Notes: generated by a model from the sequence alone, not told the origin. Positions 22,383-35,250 are shown, counted from the whole stretch's first letter. The stretch: DNA of 62,446 nucleotides, filler included, from Choristocarpus tenellus KU-1152 (GCA_964200185.2; 9 parts of 9 records of this genome joined end to end with filler, not necessarily neighbours in it); one strand, 5' to 3'. Made by a program: numbers and translations.

Positions 22383-25249
22383 GTGACGGTGTTGAGTCTG
22401 CTTGCCTTGTGGTTCCGCCAGCTGCGTGAAGAGACGATCCATGCTGAAGAAAGCCTTGTCGGACATGATATGTTGGTGAGTGTAAGGATTACTTGTATTA
22501 GTTATTTTTCTTTTTTAGGTTCTACACTATTAAGCAATAGACATTTGATAGTGAAGGTTCAAAGTGTTTTTCATGTTGTCTCAAATCCTTCTTTTGTTAC
22601 TTTTGCTCGACTTCAGCCAGCACTGCTGGACAAGAGTCGCCTAATGGAGGCATTGCAACGACTACCCATCAGCTTCGGCATGGCAATGAGTGTCAGAGAG
22701 AAGTGCGCTAAAGTGGCTGCAAGGTGAGGCGTTGTTCTCGTTGCATTCTGCTGCAAACTCGGTCCTTCTTCTGCATGCATGTGGTGATAGCACCCCAATA
22801 CTTGTGTACGGTCAAGTGAGGATAGTATATTTTCCATATTCCTTCAGGGTTTTTTTGTGTGTGTGAAAGTCTTACAATACCCTGTGATCAATTCCACTCC
22901 TCTGTAACAAGCAGGCTGCTGAACAAGGACCATTGCATGTGGTGATAGCACCCCAATACTTGTGTACGGTCAAGTGAGGATAGTATATTTTCCATATTCC
23001 TTCAGTTTTTTTTTGTGTGTGTGTGCGTGTGTGTGTGAAAGTCTTACAATACCCTGTGATCAATTCCACTCCTCTGTAACAAGCAGGCTGCTGAACAAGG
23101 ACCATTGCTTTGTCCTGGGAAAAGGTTATGGAGAACCTGTAGCGCTTGAGGGGGCATTAAAGCTTAAGGAGATGACCTATCTTCATGCTGAGGGGTACAG
23201 TGGGGGTGCTCTCAAGCACGGCCCATTTGCTCTTATTGAGGGCCCTGATGTGAGCATGACGATCAAGCGTTTAGACCAATTGTTGACTTTCCTTTTCCAA
23301 ACGAAGACACTTCTTTTCATCTGCTGCTGCAGCGATATTGATATCATACTCAAGTCACCTACATGATCACACCCTATGATCCTGTATGAACAAAATAATT
23401 AATTTCTATATTCTCCTCTCTTCTGCTGACATTTTGCTTCTTTCAGAGTGACCATGGTTCCACACCGGTGATCATGCTGATCCTTGACGATGAGCATGCT
23501 CATCAGATGCGGACTGCTGGGATGGAAGTCAAGGCCCGTGGAGCAGATGTGATTGTCATCACAGACAGACAATCTGTGAGTTTGTATGGTATCGTTCTTT
23601 GACACAAAGTATCTGGGGGGGGAGGGGGTGTCTACACCAAGGTGTCCATTTGGACCAAAATCAGGAAAAGTGTATTTACATTATCCATCTGACCTATGCA
23701 ATCAAATCACCCAAAAGTTGCGACATGAAAAAATTGACCCCAAATGAACAACCGCCACCCCCCCACCCCCCGGATACTTTTGAGCCTTTTCCAGTCCTTG
23801 TGCTGGCGGCACTGTCTCTCCTATAGATGTTAGACAAGTGTATAGAAAGCATGCAGTTCAAAACGGATTGATAGGATGTGAACATGAAGACAGAAAATAT
23901 ACAATTCATATTTTATTAGAGCTGTGTATGAGAAACCTGGTATTTTGCTCATTTTGCAAAGTCTAGTCACACACCTGCCCTGCTCTGTCTCATTCACTCC
24001 TTCAATGTGCAGCTGGCAGATGGACTGGACAAGGACCCAATTGTTATCCCCAACAATGATCGACTTACAGCACTCATCGCAGTTCTTCCGCTCCAATTGA
24101 TTGCCTATGAGTTGGCTGTGATGAAGGGCATAAACCCTGATACCCCACGCAACTTGGCGAAGGCAAGTGTGGAGAACTATTGATATGAACATGTGGTATC
24201 CGTTGAATGGTGGCCTGAAGCAAGCAGCCTTGTATTGCACTGCTCTTCATGCAAAAACGTGCAAAGAACTATGTACAGCATCACATGCGAGCTAGCCCTT
24301 CACTCCGTACACAATCTTTCCGAAAAGGTATCCAAGGGCAATCCCCTGTTCTGAAATAAGATCATTTTCTTGGAGCGTGGTCAAATGAAGGTCCCTTACA
24401 GTGTTTCAGATCGAAAGGTTTCGCGAGTAAGTGAGGACGAATAAACCTTATGCGCACTAATTTAAGTCTAAATGTTTGTGGGGGTCAATAGTTGGGATGC
24501 AGGAAGCTCCTGAGTGGGTATTGAACGCCATGATAAAAGCATCGGATCAAATCTAGCCGTTGAACTCGTGATGTCAACTATATTGGATTGGATTGAACTG
24601 TAGCAAGTGTCATCACTAACTTGAGATCACTTTGTTGTCCGTGCGCTGTTGATCTATCTGTATCCTTCTGGTGAATATTAGTCCTTCCTCTAGCACGTGC
24701 GTCAAACCATGCATGAATCGCCACCAGGTGGGCGCTTACGCATGCTCTCCGTGTTGTTTTTTTCTCTGTAATATTTTCAGTTATCTAGATAAGGTATCTG
24801 GAAGACATGGAAATTCAAGTTAGTGAGACCGGGGAATTTTATTTGAGTCTGCTATTGCACGTTTTATAACTCAATTGTATGAGGGGAGATTAATAAAAAG
24901 ACGTTTTGAGATGGGTGTAAGGAAACTCAAGATTTGTTGGGAATACATCTTTTTTCCGTCAGTGTTCTCCGCTGTTACATCTCTACATCTACATACTATG
25001 GGAGCCCCACTGATCAAACTGGCTCAAATTTTCTGAAGCCGGTAGTTGCATTCCTTGTTATTTTGTAGTGCAATTTTAACTCAAGGTGTAGCTTCATGCA
25101 ATAGTGACACCCTAGCTATTGCCTGCATGCCCATTGACTGAAAAAACAATCTCATTCACTTGCTGCAACACATATAATCATCCACCAAACTAAACTTTTC
25201 ACACCTCTGACCCGTTCCATTGTACGAACAGGCTGTTACAACTGACTGA
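22383..25249 (+). CDS. GFAT: Glutamine--fructose-6-phosphate aminotransferase (isomerizing), C-terminal SIS region; 5' part missing
   Basis: Exons 22383-22475, 22617-22723, 23087-23249, 23447-23575, 24013-24162, 25232-25249 (TGA). Motifs: [78 protein letters not shown]. The last intron is GC-AG. Confidence 0.96.
22776..23108 (+). repeat. Tandem duplication (~160/175 bp) of a GFAT intron 3' end plus the first 22 nt of the exon
   Basis: Copies 22776-22936 and 22934-23108 overlap on a TGC microhomology; they differ in the T/GT microsatellite tract. Confidence 0.95.
23605..23782. mobile_element. MITE subfamily A (~180 bp), complete copy in a GFAT intron
   Basis: TIR CAAAGTATCTGGGGG...CCCCGGATACTTTTG with an inner IR GTCCATTTGG...CCAAATGAAC. 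Partial copies at ~5300-5383, 18526-18606, 18707-18737, 22140-22195, 46609-46765 (reverse) and 59911-59947. Confidence 0.85.
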
Positions 25250-27419
25250 TGTTATCAAGAATTTGCTGTCATCGAAGATATCATCATCTCCACAGTGACT
25301 GCTGCTTCCTTGGAATGGGTAGGGTTGGTCGTGTGGCTATAGCATTGGATGGGATAGGTTTGCCCCTCTACTTCCCACAAACGCCTTGGAGGGTGCCCTT
25401 GGGAGATCTTGGATAGAGGGGGGTAGGGTTGAGGTTCATATTTTTGACATGTTGATGTGATAAATATTTGTGTGAGAGAGCTTGGACATTGTGGCCTCAT
25501 TCTCCTCTTTCTGTGTTGCCTTAGGAGGCATGGCAGGTTGGGCTGGTTGACCTCCTGTCGTAGCTGTACTCGAGCCTGTGATCTGATGTGCGTGGAATTA
25601 TGTGTCCGATAGTTTTTGGTTGGTGCTATGTTAAGTCCAGGCATTCCCGGACCAAGGGTTGCCTGCAGGAGTGGACAACAATGGTTGCTAGCAAAATAGG
25701 TGTAGAATCGAACCAAGGATGGATCATATATAGTGAGCTGAGTTGCATAGAGTATCCTGTCCCAGATATTGATCTTGTATACAGTCGTGTTACTTGTTGC
25801 ACGCCTGTGGGGGAGGTTGTTTTTGGTTAAACATGATCTCATACTTGTGTTGTGGTGCTTTGTGGTGATCATAGTGACTATTTGTTACATGTGTCTTTGT
25901 GCACAGAGAGCGTGTTTGTTATATACAACATGCGGTCAGCAACGGAATGGAAGTGGACTTGGGTTAGGTCTAATATGTGTTGAGTACGTCCGATTTGTGA
26001 AGACATTTTTGTGATGTGTGTGATCGTTTGTCCACATGCATGAGTATTGCTGTCACGAGTGGTTCTTGGCGGCAGAAAGGTGAACTATATGTATTAGCAG
26101 CAAATGGGTGTATGAGTAGTAGTATTATTTTGTAGTAGTGAAGAAAGTAGAAGGTATAAAGGGAAAATATTGAGATGCTGTTACATTAATAAATTAAATA
26201 CATGGTAGTTAATAAAAGTAATGAACAAAGCAACAACCAGATGAACGTGTCCCTCTGGAAGTCTAGTGGTTGAAAGGGTATTACTATTGGAAAGGAGTGT
26301 GCAGCTTCAAACCTGCTATCGCCAGATTCATTTAGGGGAATCTGGTTTTCGACAATTCAAGTTCACGTGGCAAACCTAACGGATTGTAGAGTTGTCGGTG
26401 CATTATCCTGACTGTCGCTATCTAGAACACAAAAATGCATAACGAAAATTTGAACAAATTAGTAAGCCATTTTTTTTAGCGACACTGAATGAGGCGAGTC
26501 TTCCATAACATATGCATGGAGATGATTCTAGCGAGGTGGAGGAAGAGATGAGTAGTGGAGCGTTACCATTGAACAAGATGAGTTAAATCTAGAGATTGGA
26601 TGGGTTGCGTCCTAATGGCCACGAGAAATAGCAAAAATACCTCATTTTCTACAATTGCAGATAGAGGCTCTGATTAACTGTGGTGTCGCTTTGTATACGG
26701 AAAAGTGAACATCAATTTTGCGAACATTGTGTACATGGAAAGTAATAAACAGTGTATTGCACATGGTAAGAAGGATGGCTTAGAATGCGAACAGGTCCAA
26801 ACTTGCCTACCTTCCAATTGGTTACGCTCAGATCTGAATTCTTACCAGTGCAAAGAAAGCAACTATTTAGTTAGTACACCACTAGAGTAGGTAGTGAGAA
26901 GCAGGGCAGTGTATAGTGCCTTAGTACCCAGATTATACCGAAGTAAGAAGCAAAACGCAAGAGAAATGACTTAGAATACGAAAGGGTCCAAACCTACCCA
27001 ACTCTCAATTAGATTGGTTCAAGTGTAGCACTATTGTGGTACTGCCCGTATATTCCATTATTCTTTCCATAGTACGTTTCAAGTCTCGACAAATATAGTA
27101 AATGTGTGTAAGTTGGACTAGGGAGACAAGTAGTGGGAACGGAGAAGTCTACTAGAGGTGGATCACGAGTTATGGAACCATACACTTCTCTGAAAAAGGT
27201 CAAGTTCTCTGGATTTGGAGTTTCTAAAATAATCACCAAATTTTTTTGGGGGGGGCCGCTGAGTTTTGTGGGATGGAACTGAAAACGGAAGTTCATGTAG
27301 TATAATATTTGTATTTGTAGTTCATTGTTGTGTTCAAATAAGCCCTTATCTCGCGAATTTTCGTGCGCGTGCGCGCGCTCTGCTGTCGTTTCAACACCCA
27401 ATGTAGAATACTAGGTTTT

Positions 27420-28070
27420 TCTCGTACTATTCTATCCTAACATACCATTCTGTTGTTCTGATGATTGGTGCATGACACTCTATATATAGTATGTGATAAA
27501 GGTTCTTGTAGATCCTAAACTGTAAATAAAACATTGTTGACGTTTTCTCGTGGACAGAGTGCTCCCAATAAAGAACATTATGTTTCTGTCCGATTGTGTC
27601 TTCCTTATTCTGTTATTCTGGTGACTGGTCGATCAGAATATATGTATATGATAAAGATTCTTGTAGAAGAAAAACGTTCAGATCCTTGTTCGTATTTCAA
27701 GATACGTATAGGACACTATGTTATTGTCATACTATAGTAGAATATGTGTGATAATGATTCTTGTAGATGCCAAAGAGTTAACAGAATATTTTTGGTATTT
27801 TTGTCGGAAAAATAACTAGGTTATTTGCCAACTTTACCTTCATTACTCTGTTGTTTTGACTGATTGATGAGATTGTATATATGAATGATAAAAAATAAAA
27901 CGATTTTTATAGATTCTAAAATGTCAACAAAATATTGTTGGCATTTTCTGGACGATATAATACCCCCCTAAAAGAACACTTAAATTATTGTCCTACTGTA
28001 CCTCTCCCACACTGTTCTTGCTTGACTGGCTGGCTTAGTATGTATGTGATAAATCTTGTTGACCCTACAT
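27420..28070. repeat. Old, degenerate ~100-160-bp tandem satellite (~5 units)
   Basis: Recurring CTGTT.TT.TG.TGA.TGG and ATGTGATAA.G.TTCTTGTAGA near 27490, 27645, 27745, 27880 and 28040. Confidence 0.65.
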
Positions 28071-28645
28071 GATCCTCTTGTCCACCAAATTCCTTCTTTT
28101 CTCTGTAATATTTTTATTATTATGCCCTCTGAGATGTGTCAGGGGGGAAAACAATCAAAACTATATATATATGTCATTATTCTCTATAATATAGTTTTCA
28201 GTGTAGAAATAGTTACAAAAATTCTCTATTTTTCTCATATTCAGTATCCTTCACTCCCATAATCAACGAACACACCACCACTATGCCTTATTGATCTGAC
28301 ATAGACATGTTTGGGAAGGATAGACCAACTAGATTCCACACCTCCTGCCTATGCAGTGCTTCCTCACTGTTATTATGGTGATAACTGATCGTTCAGAAGA
28401 GATTTTATGTTGGAATGAGGAAAGTGGGTTGGACTAGAAGTGGACAGACTGTAAATAAAATAATAATGGGAGAACAAAGAATGGGGAAAAAAATAGCAGA
28501 GTTGGACCCAAAGAGAGGAAGAGAAGGAAAGAAAGACAGAAAGAAAATCTCAAAACCAAAGTGTGAGTTCTGAAGGAAAATAATAATAATAATAGACAAC
28601 ATAAATAAAATATAGCGTAGGAAACACTTGCAATATTAATTATAA

Positions 28646-28990
28646 TTTTTATTATTATGCCCTCTGACATTTTGCAGATGTGTCATATAATATAAGAGTG
28701 CGCAAAATGTAATTCACTATCGGAAAGTTATATCTCCCCATTTCCTGCCTGTAGTTTTTTTCATTTCCAAATCTAATGAAAATTCTCATTTGTAGTTGGA
28801 AATTAAGGTGGTACCAGTAGTTCGCCCTCTTTGACAATCTTGTTTTTTATCACTAGTTTACCACAACAGTATAGCGTTTGTACAAAATGAAATTCACTAT
28901 CGGCATGTTTTATGTGTCCCTCCGATTTCTGGCAATAGTGTTTTAATTTTCAAATTTGATCAAATTTCCTATTTCTAATGAAAAACGATA
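28646..28990 (+). mobile_element. Helentron/HINE-like element end with palindromic subterminal repeat
   Basis: TTTTTATTATTATGCCCTCTGACATTTTGCAGATGTGTCA, with related copies at 28111-28147, 36503-36545 (reverse) and 44462-44505 (TGCCCTC...GAGGGCA hairpin). Followed by an internal direct repeat (AAAATG.AATTCACTATCGG at ~28705 and ~28885). Confidence 0.45.
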
Positions 28991-29795
28991 GTGAAAATGA
29001 AAACACCCAAAGTTTGATGATCTCCTAGAGGAATTATCCAATCGAAGCGACCAATTCGCATTTGTTTTAGCCAACCAAAACGCTACAAAAGCTGCGTAAT
29101 ATAAGGAGAAGATTCACAATGGTTTGGGTACCATGGGAGATGCGCTTGTTATGTTTGCTAGCATGTCGCACCCTTTTGCTACCCTAGTCGAAACCCCGAT
29201 CGTTAGGAAGGAACTAGGACTACCTCGCCAGAACAGGACGTCCACGCACGATGGGGTATCAAGTCAAACTCCGCTGCCACACCAAGAGTTTGTCAACAGT
29301 GTACTGACAACCCTCGCACTGATGCTTCAAGCTGTTTTAACCCAGAATTCCTCGCCTGCTGTCAGTGCTGCCGTAAACAAACAACCTGCTTTGGTTCCTG
29401 CGAAATGCGGACCTCGTTCATTCCAAAAAGCAATGAATCATCAAAACCCGTTCGACCAGTCACATCCGTTCCCCGGCCTGTGCTTCGATCCCCACTACTT
29501 GCTTTAGCCACAGACAGGGCGAGCGATAGAAGTCGACACCATTCGGACAAAGACCTACCTCCATCGCTCAATCCACTGAGGAATGTCCAGGGAAGGGTCG
29601 AAATAGACGGAAGCTAACACGNNNNNNNNNNNNNNNNNNNNNNNNNNNNNNNNNNNNNNNNNNNNTTAATTAATTAANNNNNNNNNNNNNNNNNNNNNNN
29701 NNNNNNNNNNNNNNNNNNNNNGGCCCTCCCCCCATGGGGGTGGGGGCGTGGGGGAGAGAGGGTCTCACAAAAAAAAAAAGAGAAATTTTTTTTGT

Positions 29796-29833
<38 letters not shown>

Positions 29834-30763
29834 GGGGGATGGAGAGTTGTAGAAAACATTTACACTTGTTACAGTTGTAGAAACATCCTGCCCCGTGGAT
29901 GCAAACATAACACAGACAAGAGCTACACCAATCATCAGTCTAAACATATCACTGGTGGACAGCCATTGGCCAAAGCAAACACCAGACAAAAAAACAAAAA
30001 GCGTAACAGTTGATGCATCCCCCCTCACAAAGCAGCCCAAATTAGGGCTGAAAAAACCACATCCCAAGGGCTGGCTGGACAGTGGTGTCCAATGCAACTG
30101 GAGGCATCTGCAGTCCTATCATTGCAATCAACCCCTGCTCCACCCCCTCAGGGGTGTGCCTGGAGAGCTTTTTTGGCGAAAGCACATGGGCTTAGTCTTA
30201 CCCCACCAACACAGTAACAACCCTTACACCACAGTGTACCCCCATCTGTATCCTCCCAACATACACCATCTATTATTACATGATGATCATCACCAGATCA
30301 CTTTCTTTTGCACACATGTCTAGAACATTTGAGTAGGGACAGGATCAGCCGACCTACCAGTCTATTTCAACCCCCTTTGACAGGTGGATACGTAGTCCCC
30401 TCCCACACAACAAAAACCACAGACAGCAAGCACCATGAAGAAAAAAGTCCCAGTACACCACATCAACCAATTGGATGAATCTCACACACTATTACAACCA
30501 TCGCTAGGACTGGCTTCAAACACTAACGCCCCATTTCCTAGACCAAAAAAAAAAAAACACACTGAAGACTCCAAAACAAAACGAATCCCTCCAACACCAA
30601 CTATGGAGTAAGGTTCACGCATAAACCAATCAAACTTCATAAAAAAAAAAAAAACGGAATATGACATTTCATCACAAACATGCACACACACATGCACACA
30701 CATGCACACACATGCACACACATGCACAAACTTCAACAAAGCAACGGGGACCCTTCTCAGTAC

Positions 30764-31903
30764 CTGGTCCCTCGGTTCTTCCTGAGAATGGTGTGGTTTT
30801 GAATCAAAACTCTAACCACCGCCTGTATCTTGATGAGATCCTGCACATGCCTCAAGGACATGAAGGCGGAACCCTTGGGCCGGCACAGGACTGGAGCAAA
30901 AGTCTTCTCGTTTGCAGAGGAAGAGATCAGAGAGGGATCAGAGAGGGACCAGGAGGGACCACAGAGAACACAGAGGAACCAATGAGGGACCAGAGAGGGA
31001 CCAGAGAGGGACCAGAGCAGGACCAAAGAGGGACCAGGGAGAGACCAGGGAGAGACCAGAGAGACCAGAGAGGAACCAGAGAGGGATCAGAGCATCATAA
31101 GTGAGCAAGAGAACTTATCAATGACCATATTTTCATAAGTGTCCCGCACAGTATGGGGTTTGCACACGAAAGGAATTCGCTCTATACAAAAACTACCTCT
31201 GTGGAGGATTTAACAACCCAAAGGTACATATACTCCCATCATGACACTACACTTCCTGCAGTCAAAAAGCATTGCTCATACAGACAGCTAACTCATTCCA
31301 CACCTCATGAAAAAAAAGAAGTAAATAGAGCACGTTAGGAGACCCTAACTTGTCAAAAAAAAATTAAATAAATCAGACACTACAACAGCAGGGGTACGCC
31401 AACAGTGACAATATCAGGTACAGCCAAATAACACGCCTGCAATAATACAAACACCTGCCCATCATCCTTGGCACCCTCTCGATACAACAGTGGCAATACC
31501 AAACCAAACCAACTAATAACACCACTGCACAATCAAAATATAAAATCACATCTTATTCAAGCAGTAGTGGAACCATTAGAGTCCTTACTTACAATACGCA
31601 TTTCAAAACAGCAAGACACCTTGAACAAACAAACAAACAAACAAACAAACAAACAAAAAAGTCCACTAGAAAATAAATCTCTCTACATTGTTGGCATTTC
31701 AATACCGAAAAAAACTATATTAACTGAGAAATGGTTAAATCTCGTTAACTTTTCCGTTAAAACTCGTTAACTTTTCCGTTAAAACCCGTTAACTTTTCCG
31801 TTCAGTGCCAGAGACCGCCACGAAACAGTCAACAACCACACCTCACAGGGTGCAGTGCATGCCACAGATCGAGGACAGGTGCGCACGCTTGATCTTACTT
31901 ATC

Positions 31904-31940
<37 letters not shown>

Positions 31941-32248
31941 TTATTTATTTTTATTATTTCTGCAAAGTACAAAAAAAAGTAAAAATATTGTGCGCACGTA
32001 CATCCACTCACATACAAACCCAAATTTAAAAAAATACAAACTAGACAAAAGCACACTCTCCGCCCCCCCCCCCACAAAAAACAAACCGGGCAGGGAGGAG
32101 TAATATCCCAACAAATACTATCAACTCCAACACAACAGATTACTTACTACAAGGCGTACAGTACCTGTGCAAGAGCCTCCGCGCTCATCTCATTCACACT
32201 GCTCATCGCCGCCACCTGGGATAGGAACTCCAGTAACAGGCACAGCGC
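30764..32248 (-). CDS. RhoGAP-domain protein, two exons encoding the C-terminal part of the domain
   Basis: Exons 32248-32165 (ALCLLLEFLSQVAAMSSVNEMSAEALAQ) and 30903-30764 (TFAPVLCRPKG...LIKIQAVVRVLIQNH) join in phase 0 to give the RhoGAP motif L..FL..V...S..N.M....LA..F.P.L. Other exons not resolved. Confidence 0.75.
30920..31092. repeat. GAGGGACCAGA-type ~11-bp minisatellite next to the RhoGAP acceptor
   Basis: Multiple imperfect GAGAGGGACCA units. Confidence 0.9.
31742..31802. repeat. ~22-bp tandem repeat x3
   Basis: CGTTAACTTTTCCGTTAAAAC(T/C) repeated. Confidence 0.9.
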
Positions 32249-33019
32249 CTGCAAAGGTGGCACAACACAAAATACAAATAAATAAAAAAATATGTGGAAG
32301 AGCAGTCAGGCGAGGTCAAGACCAGCAATGACTCAGCAAGGGAGGAGATGGGGGTGAGGAGAACGCCATGCACTCTTAGAAAGGGTATGAAGCAAGTAGG
32401 GCATATACTTGGGAGTAACCCAAATCAAACTATTTTCAATTATACAGAGAAAACACACACACTTGATCATCCCTCTCTCTCTCTCTCTCTCTCTCTCTCC
32501 CCCCCTCACAAAGTTGGACACCACAATCACCAAGACTTACCTGAACTGCCTCACAAAGTCCCTTTGTGAGAGCCTTTTAAACTTATAAACACTAAAGCTC
32601 TATACAACTCAAGAGTCAAAGTAATTGTAAGCAAGAGAGCAGGGGGGGGGGGGGGGGGGGTGGGTATTTTTGACCCCAAAAAATTTTCTACATTTTCCAC
32701 TTCAAACAAACAACAACAAAAAANNNNNNNNNNAAAAACCACAAAACACAAAAAATAAAAAAGAAAAAAAATATGGGAGGGAGGGGGGGGGGGGGGGGGG
32801 GGGGGGGGAGGTTGGCCATTTTGAGCCCCAAGATATTTCTGTAATCTTACCTTCAAGAAGACAAAGATATTAAAAAAAGAAGCGTCCACAAGAGCAACTT
32901 GCTTCTGCAGACTTAAATCACCCACAAAAATACCCACAAAAACATTCCACAGCTGCAGACCAAAGCAATACAAAAATATTGTGCCACCAAATGGTCGGAC
33001 GGGTTAACCCTCAAAAACT

Positions 33020-33180
33020 CAGAGGCACTCCACCCCTGGATAGTTCGAACCTAAACACCCACCCTAACCCTAACCCTAACCCTATCCCAAACCCCTAAAA
33101 AGATCCTAGTATGTTTAGAGGGTTAGGGTTAGGGTCAGGGTTTAGTGCCTCTTCCAAGTTAGGGTTAGGGTTAGGGTAAA
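33020..33180. repeat. Inverted interstitial telomere-like arrays: (CCCTAA)n facing (TTAGGG)n
   Basis: CCCTAA run at 33062-33096 and TTAGGG runs at 33120-33177, bracketed by GAGGCACT/AGTGCCTC. Other short TTAGGG/CCCTAA tracts at ~12670, 19458 and 40837. Confidence 0.8.
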
Positions 33181-34151
33181 CTATGAACACAAAGGATCAT
33201 AATTCAAACCTGAATTCCACGCTAAAACTCAGGGAATTACCAGCACACATAAAACACCCAAGACTCAGAAGAACCTTGATCAACTTTTAGAGTATATTGA
33301 AGAGGACAATAAAAAAAAGGTACAGGCACATTGGTTGTGTGGGTGGCGGGACGGGGGCAGGATGGGGGCGGGGGCAGGGGGGAGGGGGGGGGGGGCAGGA
33401 GGAACCTCGAAATATTTGTTGCTTTTCCAAGAACTTTATTTCTACACAACAACAAAAAGATTGAACACACTTGAGGAGCAATTTCATGGGAAGAAACACC
33501 GCTAAGCATTGAGGGTCCACATGAAAGATGTTGCAATCCTTAAAAAGCAAATAATTCCCCCTAGATATCAACAATCAACCAGAACAAAACCTCAATAATA
33601 TTAATACTATTATTATTATTATTATTATTAATAGTATCATGTCCTATAACATCATTTTGGGAGGTCTCCTTCTGTCACAGATATATATATATATAGAGAG
33701 AGAGAGAGACAGCAGTGTAAACAAGGTTATAATTACAAGGAACACGAAAAAACTATTCCTAATGGGACGACCAAACTGTGCATTTAAAAACACTCCCCAC
33801 CCACCCACCCCCAACCCCCCCCAAAAAATAAAATAAAAATATACATTTCTGTCACAGTTACGCTTCGAGGCTCTTGCGGTTGCTAAGAAAATGAAAAAAA
33901 TCTCATAGGGGAATTACAAGGACACTGGGCACAGCCAGCCAGGTCCCTGCAGGATTCGCTTTAGGGACAAGTAGCCCTCACACATGGAACATAGAAGGAA
34001 GGATGAACCCACAACAACCACAAACCAGCCCTGATAGATGATTACCAAGAGTCAACACACTGCATTGCCGGAATAAAGCTACGGCTCTTATGGAAAACAT
34101 TCAAGTCAGACGAGGATGATGTAACAGCGACAGGCAAGACACGAAGAAAAA

Positions 34152-34187
<36 letters not shown>

Positions 34188-35215
34188 TGCTGTGATGAAC
34201 AACAAAAGGTGCTGCTCTGCGACAATTCACACCGAAATCACCTCAGAAGGCACATCGAAAAAAAGCTTTGCCCTGTTTGTCCATTTTTGGGGGGGGCTTG
34301 GCTCGCCACGTGCTTTTTCCGATCACACTTTCCTAAATCCAAAATAGGTGTAAACCAGTACGTTTCGAAGTAGGTATCATGTACACATGCGTCCGGAACA
34401 AGGACATCAACACAAACTCCCTAACGAACACGATACATAGCCAGAATTACATCAAAATCACAACATTGGATTTGGGACGACGCCAAACGGACGCGGGTTG
34501 GGTCTACCCTATAACCCCATAAGATACTCTGACTCAACACTATGGTTGTATTGCCATCGAAGACGCCTACCACAGGTTGTGAACACCATGAAAATACACT
34601 CTGTCGCACCATGCACAGCCTGAAACAACACCAGGCACTCACTCTCCAACTGCCCGGGTGCAGTAGACAAAACCGACTAAAATTTTATATTTTTCACAGA
34701 AAAAAAAAAAATGTACATTTGAAGTACCTCTTGCGGTTACATTGACGGACTGGCCTTGCTTCCTACAAAGGAAGGGACTTGCTTGCCTTCCCTTCCAGAA
34801 ATAACCCTACTCCTGACACTCCTTCTGAGAGGATCGAAATACCCCATTCCAAGACCTCAAATCCACACACTCAACCTGGACAGTGAAAAACAATCCCTTT
34901 CCAAAAGAATCCCACCCGTGTTTTAAAAAAACAGAGAGGATAGGGACTCGAACCCAGGGCATGCACACTTATCATGCACAATGCATGATCCTTTGATCAA
35001 AGGAGGACAAATATTCCAAGAAGTAATTTACACTTTCCCATAGAGCTTTTTAAACAGGGTTTTGGTTTCGTTGCCAGTACAGTATGGTAAGAACGAAACT
35101 ATCGACAGAACATTTGGAATTGCTTGTACCTTTCACGGTAAACACATAGCGCCATACTGCTCCACCGACAGCCAATTTCCATGATAGCAAGAGACGGAAA
35201 ATATTCCAGATCAGT

Positions 35216-35250
<35 letters not shown>

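Noticed and set aside
30661-31104. 147-aa ORF with RDQRGTREGP repeats
   Set aside because: It is antisense to the RhoGAP exon plus an intronic minisatellite.
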